Shown piece after piece: positions 12,651-25,340 of a DNA stretch of 64,000 nucleotides (within the stretch, counting starts at the first letter, position 1; every line of letters begins with the position of its first letter). The notes beneath the pieces are model-generated. The model was not told where the DNA came from, made no database searches, and saw only the letters and a program-made list of their open reading frames with translations. The position numbers and the translations under genes were made by a program. The stretch is from Macrostomum lignano (Eukaryota). Location: positions 1-64,000 of the forward strand of contig NIVC01002029.1 of assembly GCA_002269645.1 (NCBI GenBank), in the 5' to 3' direction.

Positions 12651-13618
12651 TCCCGATGACTCTGTAGAGTAGAGTACTCATCAGTCGCTGCATCGTTGTA
12701 AAATATCAGGTACTACAAATTTCTAATGCCGGATCTCTAATTAAATCAAACATGCCTGCCATTCAATCCGTGACCCTGTAAACTAGTTATTTTATATCTA
12801 AATTTTAGTATTTTACAACCAGTCCCCCATGTGAGCACAGTTCATCATTGGCCATTAAAGTCCTCTATATGATTTTGCCTTGTGTCATCCTAATTTTCTG
12901 ACGCAGCTTGTACACTTAATAATCCTACTGTAATAAATTCATAATTCGCATCGTTAGCTAATTAATTATCCGTAGTTTTCAAAGCCATTGCGCGGCGTAC
13001 AAAGACTCTGCTTTGAAATCAAACTCAAATTTACTTCGTTATTTAGGTGGCCATATATATATCACTGAGCAATTTGCATGTGTGTTGCATGTCAGGCTGC
13101 TGACTGCCCGTAACAATAGTGTGTGAGAGACTGCGCTTTATTCTAACACTGCCGCGGGATGCTGCTGCTGGGACCAGTTTTCCGGCTTCCCGGCTCGCCT
13201 CAATTCTGGACTTTCCTCTGCTCTTCAAGCCTCCCCGCACTCCCCTATGCCGCTCCTTTTCTCTCTTTTCTCCACTCTGGTGGTGCGGGACCTGCAAATT
13301 CAATGATTTACCGTTCTTAATCAGCAGCCTCTAGTCAGCCTTAAAGCAGCAGGCCAGTTGAAGTAATGCCTTCTGTGCCCAATCCTCCACTCGCTTTTTG
13401 TGAGCTGTGTAGTCTAGAGATTCTGAGTCTGTGGGCATCTCTGTCCGACATCATAACTCTCTCATGTTTGTTATGACTCATAGATGATGCTTCTGGAGTA
13501 TGTTTGATCATATCGATACACTTGATGATTTTTATCAAACAGAATTCCACTATAAATACAAATAGTGGAGCTATAGAACAAACCAGAGCAACTTCAATTT
13601 ATGTGAAAACCCTTGGTT

Positions 13619-13943
<325 letters not shown>

Positions 13944-14799
13944 TAGGCCCAAGCCCCATGCCCCAGCCGCAGTCTAATTATGGCAGTGGGAATTGGGCGG
14001 CGCAGCTTGCCGCCGAAAATCCCCATAGAGAAAACACACAATAGCTACCCAGAAAAAACTGTCATTTTGGGAAAAAAATTCAAAGCATTCCGAAGCTCTG
14101 CAGCCCCCGCCGAGTCGCTCTCGTAAACAATGCAAAAATTCTCAATCCCCAAATTGGGATGGGAAAGAATCCCACGCCGCTTAGCCGCCCGCCTCAGCCG
14201 CCAGCTGGTGCAGTCCGCCCAGCCTTGAGAACTCGCTAACCCTCTTCCCAGCTCTCTCTTCTAGGAGAAAGCCGAGCAGAAGAAGTCAGGGCTGGCGGCA
14301 GTTCTCCAACTCTCTCTGTGTGTGTGTTTTTATTCAACAGCAGCAGTGGATCAGACCCAGCCGCCCAGGTGAGTAACCCGCACTCAACTGCACTCTCACT
14401 TTCCCGTTCCATTCCGCATATTGAAGGGCCAGGTGCGGGAATACGCTACTATTTTAAGGCACAGTCTCTGGTTCCGTTTTTTCCTATTTATTTTTATTTC
14501 TCATTTGCATTCCATAATTCCACATTTTAAATGCTTTTACCAACTGTGGCCAAAAATGACTGACTACTACTTTTTAAGTTTTTACTAACTTCATATCAAA
14601 ATTAAACGCATTGATGTGCACAAATTTACATAGCAATGTATTCGGTGGGTAGAGAGCAGAGATCTTGAGATAGTAGGATAAAGGGATTAAGACTGGCATT
14701 TAGCCAAATCCAGAATCTGGGCCGTAGTAGAGTCACTAATCTATGTATCCCTACCCTATCTGGATTAAGATACAGGGATGTAAAATATAGACTTAGGGA

Positions 14800-15250
14800 T
14801 TAGGGTCTAGGGATCGGGACTGAGATTGGGACCTAGAATTGGGATATTGGGACGTAGGCTAGGATCGGGATGTCGGGACCTAGGATTGGGATGTCAGGAT
14901 CTAGGACCGGGATGTCGGGACCTAAGACCGGGATGTTGGGACCTAGGATTGGGATGTCGGGATCTAGGACCGGGATGTCGGGACCTAGGACCGGGATGTC
15001 GGGACCTAGGATTAGGATTTCGGGATCTAGGATCGGGATGTCGGGACCTAAGACCGGGATGTTGGGACCTAGGATTGGGATGTCGGGATCTAGGACCGGG
15101 ATGTCGGGACCTAGGACCGGGATGTCGGGACCTAGGATTAGGATTTCGGGATCTAGGATCGGGATGTCGGGACCTAAGACCGGGATGTCGGGACCTAAGA
15201 CCGGGATGTTGGGACCTAGGATCGGGATGTCGGGACCTAAGATCGGGATC
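14800..15250. repeat. Minisatellite, 21-bp unit CTAGGATCGGGATGTCGGGAC
   Basis: Tandem units with a higher-order pattern; explains the ORFs at 14826-15394. Confidence 0.95.
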
Positions 15251-15346
15251 TGCAGCCGAATTCCAGTATCGAAATTCAATGCTCAAACAGAAAGTCCCAA
15301 AAACTCTTCTTCAGACATCCTCAGCCGCCAGGACGCAGGAACTCAC

Positions 15347-15691
15347 CGACAACAACAACCCGGATGCCCTCTTTGGCGTCCAGTCGGTCTCTGAACGCCT
15401 CGCATTCGTAGTAGCCGTCCTGCGATCTGGCCACGCCGGCTAAGCTCAGCGTGCCGTTGCCCATGACAACTAGATTAGCCCAGGCCTTGAAGCCGGACTC
15501 CACTGCGCAGGTGGCTGAGTCCCAGTGACAGCGGGCCAGCACTGCCCGGTCAGTGCCGCCTGGCACAGTGGAATAGTACCAGAATATGTAGTCGGGCTTC
15601 TCTGATACGTTGCAGTGCAGCCGCAGGTTGGACAGTTCGGACAGGTACTGGCCAGAGTTGGACGAGACCGACACAGACAGGGCGGCCGCTG
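15347..15691 (-). CDS. Internal exon encoding an immunoglobulin V-type domain (IgSF protein)
   Basis: Acceptor CTCCCTGCAG and donor GTGAGT bound a 345-nt phase-1/phase-1 exon. Translation has the B-strand Cys (LHCNV), C-strand Trp (IFWY), LSLAGVARSQDGYYEC and a G-strand RVVVV. Other exons not identified. Confidence 0.85.
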
Positions 15692-15879
15692 CTGCAGGGA
15701 GACGTGGGGCCGGTTGTGAGCGATTGTTGATATGTAATAAGCACGAGATCGCGAGATGATAAAAAACGCTTCAGGGAGCTGATCAGGGGGCAGATTGGTA
15801 GAAGATAGATATAGATTGGGAGCATTAAATGATACATTGAGAGTAGCAGGTGATATAGTGGAGGAGATGAGGACGACGA

Positions 15880-16297
15880 GGTAATGAGAGTGCCAGCAGG
15901 TGAGACAATGAGAGTGCCAGCCAGATGAGATAATGAGAGTGCCAGGCAGGTGAGACAATGAGAGTGCTAGCCATGTGAGACAGTGAGTGCCAGCCAGGTG
16001 AGACAATGAGAGTGCTAGCCAGGTGAGACAATGAGAGTGCTAGCCAGGTGAGACAATGAGAGTGCCAGCCAGGTGAGACAATGAGAGTGCTAGCCAGGTG
16101 AGACAATGAGAGTGCTAGCCAGGTGAGACAATGAGAGTGCTAGCCAGGTGAGACAATGAGTGCTAGCCAGGTGAGACAATGAGAGTGCCAGCCAGGTGAG
16201 ACAATGAGAGTGCTAGCCAGGTGAGACAATGAGTGCCAGCCAGGTGAGATAATGAGAGTGCTAGCCAGGTGAGACGATGAGCCAGTCAGGTGAGACA
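15880..16297. repeat. Minisatellite, ~25-bp unit CCAGGTGAGACAATGAGAGTGCTAG
   Basis: Tandem units visible. Confidence 0.95.
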
Positions 16298-17266
16298 CTA
16301 ACACAGTTTAAGACAGTGAGAGCGCGATTTCAGGATAGGACCTGAAAGTTTAATATTAATAGTAACTTAAAAGCATATAAAATAAATACTGGATACCAAT
16401 ATAATTTTATCTATTTAAAAGCGAAAGCACTCGATTCTCCAATCTCCACTTGCTGGCACAGAGTCAGTCAGGACCACCATCAGCAGCTCAGCTCAGCGTC
16501 AGCCGCTGACTGTCTCAAGATTCAATTGGCCAAGCATGCAAGCAAGCGACAGGGAGAGGTGAGAGAGAGAGCTCAAGGTGTCGCATTACAACCAAGCCTT
16601 TGCCCCAGGTTGAAAGAAACGAACCCAGTACAGCCCCCCTGCCCACACAGGGGAAGTGGGAGCTCATGAAAGATATTGCATTTCAAAATTGTCCAGAAGC
16701 AAATCGCTCCACCTACACCTTCCAGCGCCCGCATCTCATAGACCTTCTGCAGTCTAAACTGCTATGGATCTCCTCAAGTTTCCTAAACTGAAAAAAATCT
16801 GAAGAGCCCTCTACACTGTTCTCGCCCGGGAGTTTACAAAATCATTATATCCCAGAGGGAAAAAATCAGTTTTGAATGTCCCCAGCTAAAGCAGAGCGGT
16901 TCAATCGATGAGTCGACGGCAGGTGAATTGATTGGCGGCGCAGTGCGGAATCAAAATTCAACACTAGACCCATTTTTGCAAATGAGAATCTGCGACGGAA
17001 TGGGTCGATTGGCGGATTTGATGGACCATGACACTTGCCACCCCATCCCCATAGCCTGGACTCTAGCCATCATACTAATAGCTACATACAGCTGCTGTCC
17101 ACGCAACCTGCAGGTAAACAAAGCTGAACTTTGAAACCTCCAAACTTCCATTTTGTTCATCTAACAAACAATGGGACCAGGATTGATTTACCTGTATCCT
17201 GCTCGTTTCTTAAAGTTTTTTATTTAGTGTATATTCCAGGGTTTGAGGATAGTTTTAATATGATGC

Positions 17267-17320
17267 GGAGTTGTAGCCTAGCGGACTCACGAATTGAAGG
17301 TTGAGGGTTCGATTCCCGAA
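17267..17320 (+). mobile_element. Truncated tRNA-derived head of the CORE-SINE family
   Basis: A-box-like TAGCCTAGCGG and B-box GGTTCGATTCCC. Aligns by eye to the head of the copy at 50535-50844 with a deletion. Confidence 0.55.
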
Positions 17321-18954
17321 AACCCGAATCAAGTCGCACTACCCTCCCGGACATCCAGATATTCAATAACACTGCCAGGTCGAATTTTTTCCCATAAGCG
17401 CTAGCATATTCGATATACGTGCGGCCTTGTCAAGCCTCTAAATTTCATCGGCACGTCAATCATAAGCATCTGCATATGATCTGACTAAGTTGGTCACTGG
17501 CCTTCACCCAGGCGGAGCTTCTGTACCTTCAATAGATGGCACCAGGTGACTATCGACACTGTATACTGCCATTTTTTGTCGCTGACCAAGCTTTAATAAT
17601 GGGCAAACCTCAACTGCTGGACATCCACAGCTAGACTCTCAAGCATTCGGTCATCACCCCGACACCGTCGTCTCCTTCAACGGGTGGCACCAGACGCAGC
17701 AAGAAAAATTGCAGGTAGTTTGATATACGGAAAAATCGCTTGGTATTCCTACTTCTAATTGATGTTTTTGTATATTGGTTGGCTAAAAAAACGGCTCAAT
17801 TAATGTCAATGACGTGTTTTATTTCTTAAATAATCATAAATAATAAATTAAGATAGGCCTAATTATGAATAGATCTCAAAGGCGAACATCCCAAACTCGA
17901 AAATTATTAGTCTCGTCTGACCCCTACTATATAAGAGAGGTCCCTGAATGAGCAAGCTCTAGGCGTTAGGTTTGTGCATGCGTATAATGAGAATGAATAT
18001 TCCCTCACCACAAAAACAGTTTGAGAACAGTGGGAGGCAGAGCCCAAGTGTGGTTAGTAGGATCCCACAAACCCTGCTTGCAACATATTTGCAATATTGG
18101 GTTAACTAGCTGTTTCACCTCGATTAGCCCATGATCATCGAACTTGGTACAAAGCGCGACCGATTATGTGGGAATAAAATCCTCTTTTCCTCTTGTGGTT
18201 TATTCTTTTTCTCCCACTTATTTGTCTCCGACTCCGCCCATAACCCCTTAGCACGCACGCATTGCTTAGGCCCCCTCCCGACTCCCCTTTCACCTTTCCG
18301 ATCCTCATACCTGAGCGGAACTCGGCCCCAACAACCGCCGACTCAACTCTGCAAACGACCGCAAAAAGAATTTTTAGTTTCTCCCGTCTGTCTCCTCGGC
18401 CCTCGCTTTTTTCTTTCTTTTATATACTATATAGTCTTCTTTGTATCGACGGGTGTCGCCTTGCTTTTTGGGAAATTAAGGAATGTGCAGTCAGTCAGTT
18501 CGGGGCACGCGATGCAAATTTGTGTGTCAATTGGGGTGATGACGTCACCACCGTCTAACAAACTTGGGTTAGGAGGTCGGAGTAGCTGCGTGTGTAGGTC
18601 TTCCGCTGTCTGTCTGTTCTCTCCCTCAAAAACAGTTAACACTATACACAGCGCTTCAGCATGCAGCATCTGAAGCTGAAGTGGCAATTCTGAGCTAACG
18701 AAGAGGGCCGACTGACTGACTGACTGGCTTTCCCTTTCCCTGACAAGTTTGCATTAGAGAGCCTTGTTGAGACTACTAAGTCTTTTTAATGGGAAAAAAT
18801 CAATTTCATTTCATTAGTACCTAATTAGGTACTTGTCTCGTCTCCTACTTACATCTCTGCAAACATACTAAGATATCAGCTTTACGAAGTCGAATTCGAA
18901 ACAGATGAAGATTCAGCCAGCTGTGATATTGGGGACGCCCGACTGAGGCTGTGT

Positions 18955-19900
18955 GAATGGAGAGTGCTGTGTGAACAGAAGCGGCAGCTGCGTGAGCTGC
19001 GTGAATAGAGGCGGCGCTGTGAGAGCAGAAGCAGCAGCTGTGTGAATAGAGGGCATTGTGTGAACGGAAGCGGCAGTTGTATGAACGGAAGCAGCAGCTG
19101 TGTGAACGAAACGGCAGCTGTGTGAATAAAGGGCATTGTGTGAACGGAAGCGGCAGTTGTATGAACGGAAGCAGCAGCTGTGTGAACGGAAGCGGCAGCT
19201 GTGTGAATAGAGGGCATTGTGTGAACGGAAGCGGCAGTTGTATGAACGGAAGCAGCAGCTGTGTGAACGGAAGCGGCAGCTGTGTGAATAGAGGGCATTG
19301 TGTGAACGGAAGCGGCAGTTGTATGAACGGAAGCAGCAGCTGTGTGAACGGAAGCGGCAGCTGTGTGAATAGAGGGCATTGTGTGAACGGAAGCGGCAGC
19401 TGTGTGAACGGAAGCGGCAGCTGTGTGAATAGAGGGCATTGTGTGAACGGAAGCGGCAGTTGTATGAACGGAAGCAGCAGCTGTGTGAATAGAGGGCATT
19501 GTGTGAACGGAAGCGGCAGCTGTGTGAATAGAGGGCATTGTGTGAACGGAAGCAGCAGCTGTGTGAACGGAAGCGGCAGCTGTGTGAATAGAGGGCGTTG
19601 TGTGAACGGAAGCGGCAGCTGTGTGAATAGAGGGTGTTGTGTGAACGGAAGCGGCAGCTGTGTGAATAGAGGGTGTTGTGTGAACGGAAGCGGCAGTTGT
19701 ATGAACGGAAGCAGCAGCTGTGTGAACGGAAGCGGCAGCGGTGTGTGAACAGAAGCGGCACCTGAATAGAGGGACGCTGTGTGAACGGATGCGGCAGCTG
19801 TGACCAGAAGCGGGACCCGTATGAACAGAAGCGGCAGCTGTGTGAATAGAAGCGGCAGCTGTGTGAATAGAAGCGGCAGCTGTGTGAACGGAAGCGGTAG
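18955..19900. repeat. Compound minisatellite (21-bp GTGTGAACGGAAGCGGCAGCT + 18-bp GTGTGAATAGAGGGCATT)
   Basis: Interleaved units; all unit lengths are multiples of 3, which produces the long spurious ORFs. Confidence 0.95.
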
Positions 19901-20769
19901 CTGTGTGAGTAAGTGAAGTGACAGTTAAAAAGGGTTTAACTAGATTCATTGTCAATTCCCATGTATTATAGGCATCGGGTATACATGCTATATATAGGTA
20001 AAAACTAAAATGACACACGAGAGCGTAATCTAAATCAAACGCATTAAGTTATTGAATCAGCAACTACAAGGTATCCACAGACATCGCAAACAAAATAGCT
20101 CGTACTGGCTGGCCATATTTGAGTATTGAGCTCAACTCAATGTTTGAGCTTCAATATCGGCTTATGGGGATGAGTCCTCTTTATAACGGATCAAATAATA
20201 AGTGGGGCGCTGCAGGGATGAAAGCGGTGCCGGCCGGCCTTTTTAGCCTGATCCTCAAGATTTTTATAATAAAAGCTTCGAGAAGTTGCGTAAGTCAACA
20301 GAGTCGTTTCGAGCAGTTTCCTTCTATGTGGAATAGAGTTTTATTTTAAGATGAGTTTGTCTCTCTATACATCCTATGCATTGCTTTTATAGAATATATA
20401 AATAAGGGATATCTATATCGATGAGTTTACAGTTACCATGTAACTTAGCTTTACATGGCAACTTCGGGATTATTTCCTATTCCCAAGACACGAAAACTCG
20501 GGAGTAAGGGTAGAGTCTGCAGAATGCATTCTACATTACATACATTATAGAATACATTGAATAGGGAGGCTGGGGCCGTAACACCGGAACTCTGCTTCTG
20601 TGTGACAGGCTGAAATAAGAAATCCGAGCTTCTGTGAATAGAATTGGGGGGCGAAGGTACTAACGATGCTCTCAAGAGCAGGATTCGGGAAAATATGTTT
20701 GAAAGCAAGAAATAGCACAGGAGAAAATACAGGTCGTGCTAAGTGAGAGGCATAGAGCAAGGTCGAGTA

Positions 20770-21320
20770 AATTAAAAGAGAGATGAGATAGTGCAGAGAG
20801 GTGGATAGAGAAGATGAGACGAGATCATGAAGAGGTTAGATGAGATCAAAGGAGATAGTAGCTAAAATCAGATGAAAGGATTTCAGAGATGAGAGGCGAT
20901 GAGATAATAAATGAGACGAGACAGGAATGAGTAGTTTAATAAATAAGGTGAGATGGGATAGGATGGGATGAGATGAGGCAATGAGTAGCTATAAATTATA
21001 TGATACGAGATGGGACGGGATAGGATGTTCGGATGAAATGGGATGGGATAGGAAAGGATGAGATGGGATAAGATGGGATGAGATGGGATGGGATGAGATG
21101 AGATAAGATGGATGGGATGAGATGGGATGAGATGGGAAGAGATGGGATAGGAAGAGATGAGATAGGAAAAGACAGGATGAGATGGGAAGAGATGGGATGG
21201 GATGGGATGGGATGGGATGGGATAGGATAAGATAGGAAGAAATGAGACGGGAAGAGATGGGATGTGGTGGGATAAATAAGAGATAAGATGAGATGTAATA
21301 AGATGACAGTACTGTAGTTA
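20770..21320. repeat. Degenerate (GATGA/GATGG)n pentamer repeat
   Basis: Purine-rich pentamer periodicity visible. Confidence 0.85.
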
Positions 21321-23639
21321 TAAATGAGATTAGATGAGAGGGAAAGACACAGTGTTGAAGCAGATGAATGCAATGCCATGGCCATGCCAGTTGTAAAAGC
21401 AACGACTGCATCTCCCCTTTGATTCCCAAAGCCGGGTGTATGCTATTATGTAAACTAAGTGGATTTCCCTGTCATGCGCAATGCAGTAACACGGGTTATT
21501 CACCTCATCGGAGACCAAAGCTTCGTCAGAGGCCTTAATCCCGCAGAGACTAATTCTGATACAAACAGATCACATTTTCACCAATGGTCAGTAGCCCAAA
21601 AAAGCAAGTTTATAACTCCGCACTGAAAAAAATAGCTGGAGAAAATACCGTGGGGGGGGGGGTAATTTCTTCTCAGTAGACACACGGGACAGCAGCATGG
21701 CACTTCATTGATAATCAATTTAGGCAACTTGCAATCTTGCATATTTATTTAGTAATTGCAACTAGCGATTAGACTTGCGTTTCTTGCGTTACAACATTTT
21801 TTGGCATCCCCGTGGTGTCGTTGAAAAGGCTCAAGAAAATTGAGCAATCAACTTGAGAGAAAAAGCAGAGCCTAGCTAGAACCCTACTAAGCGAGGAAAT
21901 GATGAGAGGCGACGTGGGTGGGTTAAATCTTAATATTCATTCCAGTCTGACACTCGCCGCTAAGCTGTCTTAATTAGCCTTTCTTAGAAAAACTAGGCTT
22001 GAGAAAGTAGAGAAAGTAAAGTATGATTCTGACAATTTAATGGACAGTAACAATGGAAAAGGCGAATAAGATTTTGCAAAGACTTACATTTGCAATTGTA
22101 GCAGCAGATTGTGACAGCTAGCAGCACAACGAGCAGTCTTGGCCGATTTGCTGATGAAGAAGTCAATGCTAATAATACCGCTGTTGATGGCATGGTTTTA
22201 CCTATGCTCTGTTCGTATTTGCAATCATCTCCATCAGCCGCCGATCAAGCCGTGGAAGGTCGCCGTTCTCGTCTTTATTTTTCGCGCAATTTCATATAGC
22301 TCGGCGAGCAGCTTTCTGCTGAATTCAATTTGCACCGCTTTTCTCTTTACTTTTGTTTTATTAATAAGGGGAGAGAGAGCAAAACAGCGTTGAGACTTGA
22401 AACAATTGTGTTAAAAAAAGAAAACAAGATGTGTACAATGCTAGTGCAGCACACCGACTTGGTTGAGCTTATTTTGTCTGGGACTTTCCTACTAGCCCTT
22501 TTCAGTTAGTTCAAGCCTATTATCTATCTATTGGGCGCCGAGAATAAGAGTAAGGTTTGGTTCAACTGAAGAAGGGGGGGCGGGTTTAGCAAGGCCAATT
22601 AGGCGATTTGCTATTGGCTGGCTAACCCAGTCAGCCATTCCCACTGGCTGGGGTGGGGCAAGGGGCCCAGTGCTTGTACAATGCTGAGCTTGGGGGGCCG
22701 AGGCTGAATTGGGGCTCGTGGCGTTGTTAAACACATGGGGGCCAGCCTTCCTATCTTCTATCTTTTCTCTCGTTTGAATTCTCTTTACTTGCACTTGCTA
22801 CTATAAGTGGCGCACTGAGACATTCTTGACTTGGTGTTTTTCTCAACTCAATCAAATCTTATTATAGTTTCATTTATATTTATTCTGTCCATTTTGCACG
22901 CAGTCCTGGGACAGAGAAACTCATAATTCAATTCAAGTTATTCAACCTAAGGGCTGAGTTTTTAGTTCTTACAGTGTGTGAGCTGAAACAGATTTTGTCC
23001 AAACTGTCTTCTTTGAATTAATGCATTTTGATTTTGTTTTTTTAAGCTCGGCAGCTATTCATTTTTTGACAATGACTCGCTTTTCTTCATTCCGCTGCAT
23101 TGCATCTGTTTTGTTGCACAAATCGCAGGCGCAAGGCGCAAGGCGCGAGCAGACAGACAACGTAAGAGAGCAAAAGAGAAAAACCTGAGGGGTAGAATTA
23201 GAAGTAGGCGCGGTTGCCTTTTCTCTAACAGGTCTCCATTGCAGATGATAGTAAGTACATGGATAGGAAGTGATGGAGGCCGGGACCACACACGCTGTGC
23301 GAATGGTCATTGAACTACTGCAGACCATACAGCTTGTATATCCAATGTATTATGCTGTTTGCATGTACGTACTGTTACTGCATGTTACTGCATAACATAT
23401 TCAACCAACCAACGCTACTGTGTTAATACATGGCAGAGCAGCATTGAGATAAGGGCAATGTCCCCTGACCTTCGGGGAGCCATCCAGGGGAAGTCAAAGA
23501 GATCAGCTACTGCGTATACTAGTGAAAACGGGGTTTCCTGGAAAAATCTGGACAGTAGCGCTAAAAGGGAATTTAAAAAGCAAAATATTACGCTTAGTGG
23601 GGCTGTTGCTTGGACAAAAACTTTACGATGCAGCATGAC

Positions 23640-24492
23640 TAGGGATTGCAAATCCCAGCTGTTCTACGATCCCGGGATCCCGGACGAAGCAATGACTCAA
23701 TCCCGAGATCCCGGACCCAATCCCGGGATTGACGTTTTAAATATTTCTGCCAATAGAATGCCAGAAAACCCGCTTTTTAAAACTTTTTAAAAGTAATAGC
23801 TTTTCTATTTTATTTTACTAAATTTTACGAACACAAATGTGTAAAGCAGTAATACATTTTATATTTCTCGACTTGACAGCATTACCGAGTATCTATTATC
23901 TAATATATAATGGTTTCTTTTCCTGTTTTGTTATTTTCTACACTTGTAACTTACGAGCTCGTAATACATGTATGCAAATATAAATTCACGATCACGATCA
24001 CGCCTGACTTTGAAAATTTCACGAAATTTCACGCTCGACCAAAATTTTCTGCTCGTCCGACCTCTAGTTTGTTTTACAAATTGCCTTTGGCTCAAGGTCC
24101 GATGCCCAAGGCAGTTAGGCATGCTTTTGTTTCCTTCCAAAGCCTGTAGAAGTACATGTACATGCAGGCTGATTTCAGTAAATGCGTTGAACTCCCAGCA
24201 GACGTCAATGAGTCATTTTTCAATGCTTTTATGTACATGACACAAGTTACACATCTTCACAAGTTACACAGTCAAATACACAAACACAACACAAGTTTGA
24301 GACTCGCATGTATTGTATGTATTGTATAATTTGTATTGTATCACGTCACGATTCGAGAATCGAGAGTCACGTCACCACTCACGATCACGACGCGCGAATG
24401 TTACTTGTGTAACGTATTTAAAATACGAACATTTCGATATTTCCTGGATATCACCCACTTTATCAAAAAAGTTTCCAATCCCGGGATCCCTA
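23640..24492. mobile_element. Non-autonomous hAT-like DNA transposon (MITE)
   Basis: Termini TAGGGAT...ATCCCTA with subterminal GATCCCGG motifs. The 8-bp flanks AGCATGAC / TGCATGAC match at 7 of 8 positions, and an 8-bp TSD is typical of hAT. AT-rich non-coding interior. Confidence 0.8.
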
Positions 24493-25340
24493 TGCATGAC
24501 TGTATGACTGTATGAACCTCTTCTAGTCTAGAACTTTTCGGACTTTTTTGAGCAAGGAGTTGTTAACTCTAATATCAATTTTTTATCCAGCTACGAGTAT
24601 TGACCACGCTCCACACCTGCCTACGTACAAGGGCCACTATGGGCATTAAGTAGCTGTTTGCAAATGTCGCGTGGCATGGGTGAGTGACGGGAGGTGAGAG
24701 AGTTACGCTACAATATATACCTGTGCTCTCCAGACTCCCTCAAAAAGGCGGTGTCGGTGGTGGCTGCACAGAGCACAACAGGAAGGACTTCAGAGACGCC
24801 TCTTACTCATACAGAGCCAGACCATTATCCGGTATAATAATATAATATGTACTTAAGAAGTAAACTATAGGTAGTAGGTAGCTTTGAGAGTTCTTGTGGC
24901 TATTATATGAATACAACCTTATCCGACCACAACAACAGCCACCTTTGAATAACACTGGATGCGATAGAGTAGGTTGCAGTTTCTTTTCAATTTAAACCAC
25001 TTCCAGCGGCTGTTAAAGCGCGGAACCTCTTGTGGAAGATTTCGCAAATGCTTTGAATCTGTGATCAATATGCAGCGGGGTAACTACGAGCTATAGAGGG
25101 AAGATTAAGACTATTGAATACACACTCTGATTTTCACTCTATGGCATAAACTGGAAAGCGTTCAAACAGGGTATCTTGGAAGCATTCTAAAGTCTCTTGA
25201 GTCAATCTTGAAGCTTTCTTTTAATTCATTGCTGCGATCCGCCCTTGCAGCCCCTGAGCTCTGCCTGGCATTCACACGATAGATATATTGCCAGATTAAA
25301 CTACAGCTGACTAAATTAATTAATTATACTACGATTACAA

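Noticed and set aside
14265-14368. Plus-strand exon-like segment with good splice sites
   Set aside because: Could not be linked to any other exon or a recognisable protein; may be UTR or chance.
18882-20018. Long His/Thr/Ala- or Cys/Asn/Gly-rich ORFs
   Set aside because: Artefacts of tandem units whose lengths are multiples of 3; no signal peptide or splice context.
23448-23639. HMG-box-like words (KSKRSATAY...WKNLDSSAKREFKKQ) next to the hAT element
   Set aside because: The spacing between the motifs is far too short for an HMG box, and the frame stops two codons after the reconstructed empty site.
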